From contig CBDHHL010000032.1 in the NCBI GenBank assembly GCA_965263355.1, forward strand, positions 2,720,001 through 2,784,000: a stretch of 64,000 bases of DNA. Reading direction: 5' to 3'. The notes under the pieces are model-generated. The model saw only the letters and a program-made list of their open reading frames with translations. It searched no databases and was not told the DNA's origin. Both the position numbers and the translations under genes were made by a program. Every line of letters begins with the position of its first letter. The stretch's first letter is position 1. Shown here piece after piece: positions 11,060-20,468 of this stretch. This DNA comes from Leptolyngbyaceae cyanobacterium (lineage in GTDB: Bacteria > Cyanobacteriota > Cyanobacteriia > Phormidesmidales > Phormidesmidaceae).

Positions 11060-12553
11060 ATGACCTCTGACGGTATCAGCCCCCAACCGCCCATTGATCA
11101 GCCATTGAATACCTCTGTAGAGGTGGCTGTGGAAACTCCACCCTCATCTGCCACACCTCCGGCTCAATCCAGTACCTTTCCAGGCTGGAGAAAAAAGGCC
11201 AACAAACCCCTCTGGCCAGCGGTTGCTTTGGCCATGCTCGTGGTCGCTGGATTTGTTGGTGTAAAAGTCTATAAATCGTTGACAGCGGCTCCACCCTCTG
11301 ACGATATCGAGGAGACAGCCGCTGAAGCCCGTTTACCCGTACGGGTGCTCAGGGCACAGAAAGGGCCGATTCAAGGCTGGGTATTTGATGAAGGGTCGGT
11401 CTGGCCAGTCCGACGACGACTGCTTAACTTTCAGGCCAGTGGCGACATTACCTATGTGGCTAAAGTCGATGGCATAGAACTGCGGGAAGGAGATTTTGTT
11501 TCTCGGGGGCAGCTACTGGCAACCATTGATGCTCGTAGACAGGAATCGAGCATTGCTACGGCTGAAGCCGATATCCAGGTGTCGGAAACTCAACTGGGTC
11601 AATCGAGGGCTAGTATGCTGCAGGCCCAGGCTAGCCTGGAACGGGCAAAGTCAGACCTGGCCCTGGCGCAGACTGAGTTAAGGCGCTATGAAAATTTATT
11701 TGAGCAGGGGGCGGTATCGGAAAGCGATCGCGATTCCTACGTCAATCGAGTAGACCAGGCCGCCGCCGCTCTAAAAACCGCTGAACAGGATGTTCGCTCT
11801 GCGGCTGAGGGCATTCGGTCCTCTGAAGCATCGGTGGATGCCTCATTTGCTCGCCTAAACGAAAGTGCTGTGGACTTAGAAGATACCCAACTGGTGTCTC
11901 CCATTGATGGGGTGGTGGCCTATATCAATATTCGAGAGGGTGAATATTGGAGCACCCAGTATCTCAATACCAGTAGCCCCCAAAATTTGATTGAATCCGC
12001 CCCCATCGTCGTCGTTGATCCCACATCCTTTGAGGTGGAAATCGAGCTGCAAGCAGGAGAAGCGGGCGAGATTCAGCCAGGGCAGCGGGCCTACGTCGTG
12101 TTAGAAGAGGACGTCAGTGCCGCCCAGGCCGCTGGGGCCAACTCCCAGGGCTTGCTGGACATTGCCAGACAGCGGGGCAGTGGTGGTAAAGTATTTGCCG
12201 TCAGTCCGTCCCAAACCCCCGGCAGTCGTGGCACAGAAATCAGTATTCGCGATCTAGACCGAGTCCGCAGTCTAAAAGTAGGGGGTCGAGTATATGTCTG
12301 GATTGAAGTAGCGAGTGACAATGACGCTGTTGTCTTGCCCGTTGGTGCTGTGGTTTCCAGAAATCAACAATATTATGCCTTTGTGGTCAATGAAGTGGAC
12401 GGTACCGTGCAGCAGCGACGGGTGACTGGTGGCATTGAAGGATTATCTGGCGTAGAAATTCTCTCCGGTGTTGAACCAGGGGAGCTGGTGGTGGTTGAAG
12501 GACAAAACCGTCTAGTAGATGGCACCCCCATCGAGATTGTGGACCGGAAGTAA
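11060..12553 (+). CDS. RND efflux periplasmic adaptor (MFP/HlyD)
   Basis: N-terminal TM, lipoyl-like halves 'REGDFVSRGQLLATID' and 'LVSPIDGVV', coiled coil. Confidence 0.9.
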   Translation: MTSDGISPQPPIDQPLNTSVEVAVETPPSSATPPAQSSTFPGWRKKANKPLWPAVALAMLVVAGFVGVKVYKSLTAAPPSDDIEETAAEARLPVRVLRAQKGPIQGWVFDEGSVWPVRRRLLNFQASGDITYVAKVDGIELREGDFVSRGQLLATIDARRQESSIATAEADIQVSETQLGQSRASMLQAQASLERAKSDLALAQTELRRYENLFEQGAVSESDRDSYVNRVDQAAAALKTAEQDVRSAAEGIRSSEASVDASFARLNESAVDLEDTQLVSPIDGVVAYINIREGEYWSTQYLNTSSPQNLIESAPIVVVDPTSFEVEIELQAGEAGEIQPGQRAYVVLEEDVSAAQAAGANSQGLLDIARQRGSGGKVFAVSPSQTPGSRGTEISIRDLDRVRSLKVGGRVYVWIEVASDNDAVVLPVGAVVSRNQQYYAFVVNEVDGTVQQRRVTGGIEGLSGVEILSGVEPGELVVVEGQNRLVDGTPIEIVDRK

Positions 12554-12560
12554 CAAAGCT

Positions 12561-15500
12561 ATGCAAATCGACGAGCGCGCTATTGCTGCCCCCGTAACTA
12601 AAAAGGGTGCCGATACTTCCTCAACACCTGGTTGGATGGAGTTCTTCTTTACCCGTCAGATTTTTGCAATTCTGCTCTGTTTTATGCTCCTGATGGGGGG
12701 CTTAATGGGGTACTTCTCCATGGTCAAAGAGGGGGACCCAGAAATTAAAATTGCCCGTGCCATGATCACCACCACCTGGGGTGGTACTGATGCAGAAACT
12801 ATCGAAAACCAGGTCACAGACAAGCTAGAAGAAGAAATCAAAAGTCTCCAGGGGCTGGATGACTTTACCAGTGCCACCTTTAATTCGTTTTCCATTATCA
12901 ATGTTGCCTTTAAGGCAGAAGCCCCCGTGGCCGAATCGATTCAAGAGCTGCGGGGTAAAGTGGACGATGCCGAGTCAGAACTTCCCGAAGAGTCAACCGG
13001 GCGAGAGAAACCAAATTTTGAGCAGTTATCTCAGCAGGATTCACCGGTTCTCACCCTGGCCCTGACGGGAGAGGGGTTGGATATTGGTTTGCTGAGTCAG
13101 GCTTCCGAAGACATACAAGAACGACTGGAGTCTGTAAAAAACGTACGGGAAGTAAATCTGGGTGGTCAGCGTGATGAAGTGATTCACGTGCAGATGATCC
13201 CTAGTCGGTTAACCACCTTAGGGATTTCCGCCACTCAGGTGCGCAATGCGATCCAGGGGGGCAATATCGACCGCTCCTGGGACCTGGTGCGGGATGATGA
13301 AATTGGTGCCCAGGTGAGACTCTACGGTCGTTTTCGTACCCTGGACGATTTAAAGAATCTCCCCGTCACCCGATTAGATGAGAATCGGGTAGTGGTACTG
13401 TCGGAGGTGGCGGATGTTTACCAAGGTCTAGAAAGAGAAACCCAGCGGGCCTTTATTAGCTGGGAAGGGAGTGAGTTTAGCCCCACCATTAACCTGGAGG
13501 TGGTTAAAGTTGCCGGCAGTGACACCATTCAGGTGATTGAAGATGTCCTGGCGGAAATGGAGCTGATAAAAAATGATCCCAGTATCTGGCTCTATGGCAT
13601 GGACTATCGAGTACTCACCAATGATGCGGGGACAATTCGTAGCGATTTAGCCAATCTGGGCAGTAATGTGCTGCAGGCATCGCTATTAGTGTTTGCGATT
13701 TTGTTTGTTGCCCTTACCTGGAGAGAAGCACTGATTGCCGGGTTAGCCATTCCCATGACCTTTGCCGGGGTGCTGTTTATCCTCTGGATGCTAGGGTATA
13801 CCCTCAACACTATGGTCACGGTGGGGATGATCCTGGCCCTGGGACTCTTAGTGGATGTGTTTATCCTGATGTTAGAAGGGTTGCACGATGGTATTTTTGT
13901 CCAGGGGTTGAGCTGGTCTAAAGCGGCCATAAAAACGATTCAGACCTATGCATCCCCTGCGTTTACAGGACAACTAACTACCATTTTAGCCATGGCTCCG
14001 CTGATGGCCATCTCGGGTACCTTGGGCAAATATATTCGTTTGATTCCCATTAGTGCCATTACCTGTCTGGTCATGAGCTATGCCCTGGCGCTGTTGGCCG
14101 TGGTGCCCCTGTCTAAGTTTCTCCTGGGAAATCAAGGCGGCAGCGGTGAGTCTAAAACCTATGTGGATCGCTTAACAGAAGCGGCTTCAGAAAGATTTTC
14201 CCACTGGAGTTTACGGATCACGGTGCCCAATCGTCATGTGGCGCGTCTGTGGACAGCGGGGGCCATTGCCCTGTTTGTTTGTGCGGTTATTTTATTTAGC
14301 CAGCTGCCCAGTTCTTTGTTTGCCGTGGCTGATGATAACAAACTGAGCCTAAATGTAGAACTGCCGCCAGCCGCTACCCTAGAAACCTCTCAAGAAGTAG
14401 CGGACCTGATGGGTGAGGTGGTGCGCAACTACAGTGACCCCAATGGGGAAAAGGTATTTGAAAGTGTGGTAAAGCTGGTGGGGCAGCGGAGCAATCTGGT
14501 AGCTTCTAGCGAAATTAAACCGGGGAATGCCGATTATTTTGTTGGTCTGTCGGCAGTATTTGTAGATCGTAACCAACGGGCCCAGGATTCGTTTGACTAT
14601 GCTTACGATCTTAAAGTCCAGATGGAAAGAGACATTATCCGGAACTATCCAGGGGCTGTATTGAGTACCGGTTTTCCCCTGTCTGGTGGTGGCGCTGATC
14701 CAATTGCCATCGAGATTTTTGGTGATGACTTAGAACAACTACGAGAAATTTCTAGCGAGGTGCAACAGGCGCTGCGAGAGATCCCAGGCACCATGGATGT
14801 GCGGGATGACCTGGGGAATCTGCGGGAAGATTATAAGCTAGTACCAAAGCGAGAGTCGCTTAATTTCTATGGCATTAGCCAGGATGAGGTGGGTCTGCAG
14901 GGTCGCTACATGATGATCGACAATGATGTGGGAGACTATGCCCTGGGTAGCGGCGAAGAAGATCTTGAGATTCGTTTGAGTACGCGTTGGCCGTCCCAGC
15001 AGGGGAAGATTGGTGGTCCTTCTCGATTGGATGAATTTGCTACCATGCGGTTTATTAACTCCGATGGTGAGGCGATATCGCCCAATGCGTTGTTGGAGGA
15101 GGTGCCGGGGGCGGTACCATTGGCAATTACACACCGAGATACTCAGCGGAGTGTGACGGTGCTGGCTAAGGTGATTCCGGGGCAAGATTTTTATGACTCT
15201 CAAATTTTGGCTGAGCTAACGCCGAAGCTGGATGCGATGCAGTATGACCCGACGGATGAGGGAAATCCTGACCGTTGGCCAAGGGGATATAGCTATCGGT
15301 TTGGTGGGGATGCGGATACCAGCAGTGAGACCTTTGGGTCGGCGGGGCAGATGCTGGTGGTGGCGATCTTCTTGGTGTTTGCGGTGCTAGTGTTGCAGTT
15401 TGGGTCTTATACGCAGCCTGTGATTATTATTCTCACCATTCCGTTTGCGTTGATTGGGACGTTGTTTGGGTTCTTTGCTCTTAGTCTGTCGTTTTCGTTT

Positions 15501-15827
15501 CCGGCGATGATTGGGGTGATTGCGCTGGTGGGGATTGTGGTAAATGATGCGATCGTAATGGTAGAGACGATGAATGAGCGGCGCAAGGAGGGGTTGGATG
15601 TACGCCATGCGGCGGCGGCAGGGGCAAGTGATCGATTAAGGCCGATTTTGACAACGTCGATTACAACGATTATTGGTCTGTTGCCATTGGCGTTTAGTGA
15701 TGCGCAGTGGTTTCCATTGTGTATGGCGATTATTTTTGGGTTGTTGTCGGCGACGTTGATTGCGTTGCTGGTGGTGCCGGGACTGTATTTGCAGCTGACG
15801 CCCAATACCTCCAAGGTCACTTCCTAG
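12561..15827 (+). CDS. RND efflux permease (AcrB/AcrD/AcrF family)
   Basis: 'GLLVDVFILMLE', 'GIVVNDAIVMVE', 'RLRPILTTSITTIIGLLPL'; the ATG at 12561 after the MFP stop is the likely start. Confidence 0.92.
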   Translation: MQIDERAIAAPVTKKGADTSSTPGWMEFFFTRQIFAILLCFMLLMGGLMGYFSMVKEGDPEIKIARAMITTTWGGTDAETIENQVTDKLEEEIKSLQGLDDFTSATFNSFSIINVAFKAEAPVAESIQELRGKVDDAESELPEESTGREKPNFEQLSQQDSPVLTLALTGEGLDIGLLSQASEDIQERLESVKNVREVNLGGQRDEVIHVQMIPSRLTTLGISATQVRNAIQGGNIDRSWDLVRDDEIGAQVRLYGRFRTLDDLKNLPVTRLDENRVVVLSEVADVYQGLERETQRAFISWEGSEFSPTINLEVVKVAGSDTIQVIEDVLAEMELIKNDPSIWLYGMDYRVLTNDAGTIRSDLANLGSNVLQASLLVFAILFVALTWREALIAGLAIPMTFAGVLFILWMLGYTLNTMVTVGMILALGLLVDVFILMLEGLHDGIFVQGLSWSKAAIKTIQTYASPAFTGQLTTILAMAPLMAISGTLGKYIRLIPISAITCLVMSYALALLAVVPLSKFLLGNQGGSGESKTYVDRLTEAASERFSHWSLRITVPNRHVARLWTAGAIALFVCAVILFSQLPSSLFAVADDNKLSLNVELPPAATLETSQEVADLMGEVVRNYSDPNGEKVFESVVKLVGQRSNLVASSEIKPGNADYFVGLSAVFVDRNQRAQDSFDYAYDLKVQMERDIIRNYPGAVLSTGFPLSGGGADPIAIEIFGDDLEQLREISSEVQQALREIPGTMDVRDDLGNLREDYKLVPKRESLNFYGISQDEVGLQGRYMMIDNDVGDYALGSGEEDLEIRLSTRWPSQQGKIGGPSRLDEFATMRFINSDGEAISPNALLEEVPGAVPLAITHRDTQRSVTVLAKVIPGQDFYDSQILAELTPKLDAMQYDPTDEGNPDRWPRGYSYRFGGDADTSSETFGSAGQMLVVAIFLVFAVLVLQFGSYTQPVIIILTIPFALIGTLFGFFALSLSFSFPAMIGVIALVGIVVNDAIVMVETMNERRKEGLDVRHAAAAGASDRLRPILTTSITTIIGLLPLAFSDAQWFPLCMAIIFGLLSATLIALLVVPGLYLQLTPNTSKVTS

Positions 15828-15837
15828 GTCAGAAAAC

Positions 15838-16413
15838 TTACCAGATGTAGGAAAGCTTTAGGGTAAAACCAGGCAATACATCTTCGCCCGATAGTTGAGT
15901 CGGATTCTCCAATTTTTCAACGGGCTGATTGGGGCGGTAAATTTCAACAAATCGTCCTTTACGATTGATTAACCAGCCAAGTCGAACGCCATTGTCTAAA
16001 TACTCGGTCATTTTCTCTTGAGCTTTGCTGAGGGCATCGCTGGGCGACATTAACTCCACTACAAAGTCAGGACATAGGGGCACGAACTGTTCTTGTTGTT
16101 CGGGGGTGAGGGCTTGCCATCGTTCTAAAGCGACCCAGGCGGCATCGGGTGAGCGGTCGGCTCCATTGGGTAGTTTGAAACCAGTGGATGAGTCAAAGAC
16201 AATGCCTCGTTCGTTATTGTCGGACCAGTTAAATAGCTGCTGGGTTAAACGGCCATTACGATTTCCTGTTTCTCCGCCTGTCGGCGAGATAATGACTAAA
16301 TTTCCTTCGGCAGTACGTTCAAACTTCAAGTCGGGGTTCTGACGACATAGCTGATAAAACTGCTGGTCAGTTATGATAATGGCTGATTCAAGCTTAAGGG
16401 TAAAAGCAGTCAT
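15838..16413 (-). CDS. Uma2 family (DUF820) endonuclease-like protein
   Basis: 'FDSSTGFKLPNGADRSPDAAW', 'CPDFVVELMSPSD'. Confidence 0.92.
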   Translation of the reverse strand: MTAFTLKLESAIIITDQQFYQLCRQNPDLKFERTAEGNLVIISPTGGETGNRNGRLTQQLFNWSDNNERGIVFDSSTGFKLPNGADRSPDAAWVALERWQALTPEQQEQFVPLCPDFVVELMSPSDALSKAQEKMTEYLDNGVRLGWLINRKGRFVEIYRPNQPVEKLENPTQLSGEDVLPGFTLKLSYIW

Positions 16414-16520
16414 CAGATGTACTGGTTAATCTACTGGATGCTCCATTGTAGCAGCTGTAAAAATGGGCATAAAGGCTGCAGATGAGGCTTGGGGGATAGA
16501 ATGGAGCATAGTGTCTGAGT

Positions 16521-16874
16521 ACGTTTGGTGGGCGTTCGACGGTGCCGGATATTGCGGTGTTTGTTTGGGACCGGATTCCCCGTGATGAGAATGGGGAGGT
16601 TGACAATACGTTTCCGGCTGCACCGGATTGGACGATTGAAATTTTGTCGCCTGACCAAAGTCAAACTAAGGTAACAAAGAATATTTTGCACTGTTTGCGG
16701 CATGGGACTAAGGTGGGCTGGTTGATTGATCCGGGTGAGCAAACTGTGTTTGTTTATCGTCCAAAGCAAGAATTTGAGGTGTTGGATGAGCCAGATGAGA
16801 TTGTTTCTGTACCATCGTTTGCCAGTGAGTTACAGCTGACGATTAAAGGGTTGTTTGGTTGGCTACTGGTGTAA
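16521..16874 (+). pseudogene. 5'-truncated Uma2 family gene
   Basis: Reads 'TFGGRSTVPDIAVF...APDWTIEILSPDQS...GWLIDP'; N-terminus missing. Confidence 0.75.
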
Positions 16875-16962
16875 GACATGTATAGTTACCAGTAAGCTAC
16901 ATAATTTTCGGATCTTAAAAGAGCGATCGCACCCTCTTTGGACAGGATGCGATCGCATCGCC

Positions 16963-17229
16963 CTAACTAATCTTCACTTTTTTAGTCAAAATCGCCATCA
17001 CCTCATTGGGTCGCCCGGTGGGTAGTGGACGACTCCAGTCGTTGGGCTCAGTGTAGTTGAGCTTATGCAACAGCTTGATGGTGGTCTGCACAAAGGTCAA
17101 ACTGCCCAGCAGCAGATGTCGTCCCATTTCGTAGGAGGATTCTGGTAGCGGGTCAGGCTGACGGGTGAGCGCTGATGCGCCCTGGGTTGGGTCTTGAAAC
17201 ATGGTTCTGGTTCTCCAGAGATACGACAA
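16963..17229 (-). CDS. Small hypothetical protein of a type common in cyanobacteria
   Basis: 'RHLLLGS...TIKLLHKLNY.EPNDWSRPLPTGRPNEVMAIL'; followed by a HIP1-bounded hairpin at about 16923-16956. Confidence 0.6.
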   Translation of the reverse strand: MSYLWRTRTMFQDPTQGASALTRQPDPLPESSYEMGRHLLLGSLTFVQTTIKLLHKLNYTEPNDWSRPLPTGRPNEVMAILTKKVKIS

Positions 17230-17660
17230 GGAAAGCCAGAACCCAACAGCTCAGCCCCCGCGATGTATGGCAAATCGCAGGGGCTGAGGCATAATAAGCC
17301 CATCCCAAGGATTGCTCTGGAATCCGCGGGTCAGCCATCGGTTAGGTGTTGCGAGCACCTGCCGATGGTGCCAAGTTATTAGGTTCTAGTAGAACAGCTG
17401 CACTTGCAGCATTGGGTTACTTTAGACCGGGGGTTAGGCTTTCGTCAAGCTAGCGTAATGGGCTGTATCACGCTGTTATCAAGGCACTGAGGAGATGCTT
17501 CTGGCCGGAAAAATGCTCATTTCACTGGTTTAACCGTCAAAAACGGTAGATATTGACCCCATCGAACAAGGATAGTCTTAGCGACCCCCTAAAACATCAC
17601 ACTCACGATAAGTCTTGGTAGATGGCTCAATAGTTTATTTGAACTATTAAAGCGAGGTTA

Positions 17661-17807
17661 AAGCTTTCTGGATAACTCCGACTCTGGGGGTATTATCCAG
17701 AAAGTTTCTGGGTTAATTGCTTATAAGGTGTTTATCCAGAAAGTTTCTGGATAACTCCGGCTGGAAGGTATTTATCCAGACTTAGTCTGGATAACTCATA
17801 GTTAGGC
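17661..17807 (+). other. attI-like integron site with upstream palindromic direct repeats
   Basis: GGATAAC-5 bp-GTTAGGC (17789-17807); TTATCCAGA..TCTGGATAAC units at about 40-bp period; first cassette follows. Confidence 0.6.
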
Positions 17808-18530
17808 GCGCGACTCGAAGTCGTTCGGGGGAGTTGGAGAGACTCCCAAATGACTCTCCCCGCCAGTGTTCAGGCGGATGTCCGCCTCGGAATGTTCGAC
17901 CAGTAATGGGAGGGCAGCATCAGCAGACGAGGTTAAATGTCGCAGTATCTTCTGAGCCAACAAGAGGGTGCAGGCTAGGGCAAGATTGCTAAGGATAACG
18001 CAAGTGAATCCTTGATGAGGCTTCGTTAATGTGAGTTCTCGAAATGGCTGATACGAGAATTTTGGAGCATATGGGGGTTGGTAGCGTCTAAATACCAATC
18101 AAGAACACCCCGCTCTCGGAGTAAAGAGGAATCCTAAAGCAATCATATCTCCACCCCGTGCGGAACGAGGAAACCCCGATAGAGTCCTGAAAATACTTTA
18201 TTTTCCAGGTAAGCGGAGGGCAACCAAAGCTGAACTCTCTAGCGGGCACAGGATATCCCAAGAAGCGAAAGCTGCCAGCCGAAAAACCGGAATTCATCAG
18301 ATAGGGCATTTGCCAACCTGAAACTCGTGGGATAGGTGATGGACGATGAAACTTAACTGATTGGGAAAAGTTAGGTGCAAGCTTCGGCTTGTAAACGTAA
18401 CCATCAGGACAATCTGAAAAGGTTGTTAAGAATCGGAAAAACTGAATTTCAAGACATTGCTTGATATACAGTGAAAGTTGTACGTACGGTTCTGAACGGG
18501 ATATATTTAAAACCTGCTTCCTTACCCGAC
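17808..18530 (+). mobile_element. ORF-less group II intron, copy 1 (deletions in the 3' part including DV/DVI)
   Basis: Near-identical to 18531-19298; starts GCGCGAC, ends CCTTACCCGAC. Confidence 0.8.
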
Positions 18531-19298
18531 GCGCGACTCGAAGTCGTTCGGGGGAGTTGGAGAGACTCCCAAATGACTCTCCCCGCCAGTGTTCAGGCGG
18601 ATGTCCGCCTCGGAATGTTCGACCAGTAATGGGAGGGCAGCATCAGCAGACGAGGTTAAATGTCGCAGTATCTTCTGAGCCAACAAGAGGGTGCAGGCTA
18701 GGGCAAGATTGCTAAGGATAACGCAAGTGAATCCTTGATGAGGCTTCGTTAATGTGAGTTCTCGAAATGGCTGATACGAGAATTTTGGAGCATATGGGGG
18801 TTGGTAGCGTCTAAATGCCAATCAAGAACATCCCGCTCTCGGAGTAAAGAGGAATCCTAAAGCAATCATATCTCCACCCCGTGCGGAACGAGGAAACCCC
18901 GATAGAGTCCTGAAAATACTTTATTTTCCAGGTAAGCGGAGGGCAACCAAAGCTGAACTCTCTAGCGGGCACAGGATATCCCAAGAAGCGAAAGCTGCCA
19001 GCCGAAAGGCAACCGGAATTCATAACGGGGCAGATAGGGCATTTGCCCAACCTGAAAGGGGGCTGACGTGGGATAGGTGATGGACTTGAATGAAGGTGAG
19101 ATGAAACTTAACTGATTGGGAAAAGTTAGGTGCAAGCTTCGGCTTGTAAACGTAACCATCAGGACAATCTGAAAAGGTTGTTAAGAATCGGAAAAACTGA
19201 ATTTCAAGACATTGCTTGAGCCGTATACAGTGAAAGTTGTACGTACGGTTCTGAGGGGAGGAAGCGGGATATATTTAAAACCTGCTTCCTTACCCGAC
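18531..19298 (+). mobile_element. ORF-less group II intron, copy 2 (intact DV/DVI)
   Basis: Domain V GAGCCGTATACAGTGAAAGTTGTACGTACGGTTC (19218-19251, AGC triad, GAAA loop); DVI and 3' end ACCCGAC; no RT ORF. Confidence 0.9.
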
Positions 19299-19323
19299 AA
19301 TTGCGCAATATTCTTGTGGTAGA

Positions 19324-20190
19324 GTGAGAACCAATCATCCAACCCGACATCAGGTGAAAAGAATTGTACGAAAAGCAGCCCAGAAGATCCTAGGCTTTGA
19401 GCCAGCATTGCCGGCGTTAGAAGCCAAAGTAGCAACCAGCATCTCCGATAATCAACGATACCCCCAAGCCTGTCTTCGAGCTGCAAATGACTATCGACTC
19501 TTTAATTCATTTAGGCAGAGTCATGATTACACACAGATTCTTGAGCATGTCTCCCATGATCAAGGGGCTGCATATCTGGATGAGATAAAGAGATGGCCTG
19601 ACGTGTTTAGCGCACTTCCTGATATAGCCCATAACGATGATTACGGCGGGCCTGTTCTTCATTCTTATCCTGGAATCGCTCCGATATCTCCCAGCACACT
19701 TAGATATGCCAAAGTCTTGTGTGACTTATATAGCTTGTTTGGCTCTCTGGATAACTTTCATATTGCTGAGATTGGCGTTGGCTACGGAGGGCAATGCCGT
19801 GCCATAAATTCAACATCATCGCCAAGTAGTTACACACTTATTGACTTGCAGCCAGTTCTTCAGCTTTCACAGAGATACTTGGACTACTACATCTTGAATT
19901 CACAGCTAGTTTATTCAACCATGAACCAGCTGGCAACCCATGAATATGACTTACTGATTAGCAATTATGCCTTCACCGAGCTTCCAAGGGCAGTTCAGGA
20001 TGTTTATCTCTCTAGGGTCGTTCTGCCTTCGATTCGTGGGTATATTACATATAACCAGATATCTCCAGACTCGTTTATGTCCTATACATCAGATGAGCTG
20101 CTTGAGATGATTCCAGGCTCGGCCAGAGTCGACGAGGTTCCTCTCACTCATCCCATGAACTGTATAATTGTCTGGGGCCAGAATGGCTAA
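19324..20190 (+). CDS. Putative sugar O-methyltransferase, gene cassette
   Basis: SAM motif 'IAEIGVGYGG', 'YTLIDL', 'DLLISNYAFTEL'; stop TAA lies inside the attC R'' GGCTAAC. Confidence 0.8.
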   Translation: MRTNHPTRHQVKRIVRKAAQKILGFEPALPALEAKVATSISDNQRYPQACLRAANDYRLFNSFRQSHDYTQILEHVSHDQGAAYLDEIKRWPDVFSALPDIAHNDDYGGPVLHSYPGIAPISPSTLRYAKVLCDLYSLFGSLDNFHIAEIGVGYGGQCRAINSTSSPSSYTLIDLQPVLQLSQRYLDYYILNSQLVYSTMNQLATHEYDLLISNYAFTELPRAVQDVYLSRVVLPSIRGYITYNQISPDSFMSYTSDELLEMIPGSARVDEVPLTHPMNCIIVWGQNG

Positions 20191-20468
20191 CATAGGCCCT
20201 GAGGCGGACGAGGTCAATAGCAAATGCTAAAATTCTTTTTCTGCTTTAGCTTTAGCGCGGATTCAGACGTTCAAAATTGACCTAATAGTCAGGTGTTCAG
20301 GGAGACTGAACCTGCGCTATTAGATGGGGCTGCGTTGCTGAATGATCATTGATACGGGTTAGCTGTTCATAAGATATTTCTCCAAGTGACTGCATAGAGT
20401 GCTCGATCTTGTTTTGGTTGTTACTGTTTTTATTGCTTGTTTTCAAGTGCAATTTGTTCTTCTTGCAC

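Noticed and set aside
17661..17800. Possible mini-CRISPR array
   Set aside because: Spacers are only about 15 bp, repeats are degenerate, no cas genes are present, and the array ends in an integron core site.
17802..19159. Short ORFs inside the intron copies
   Set aside because: No RT or maturase motifs; they are incidental frames in structured RNA.
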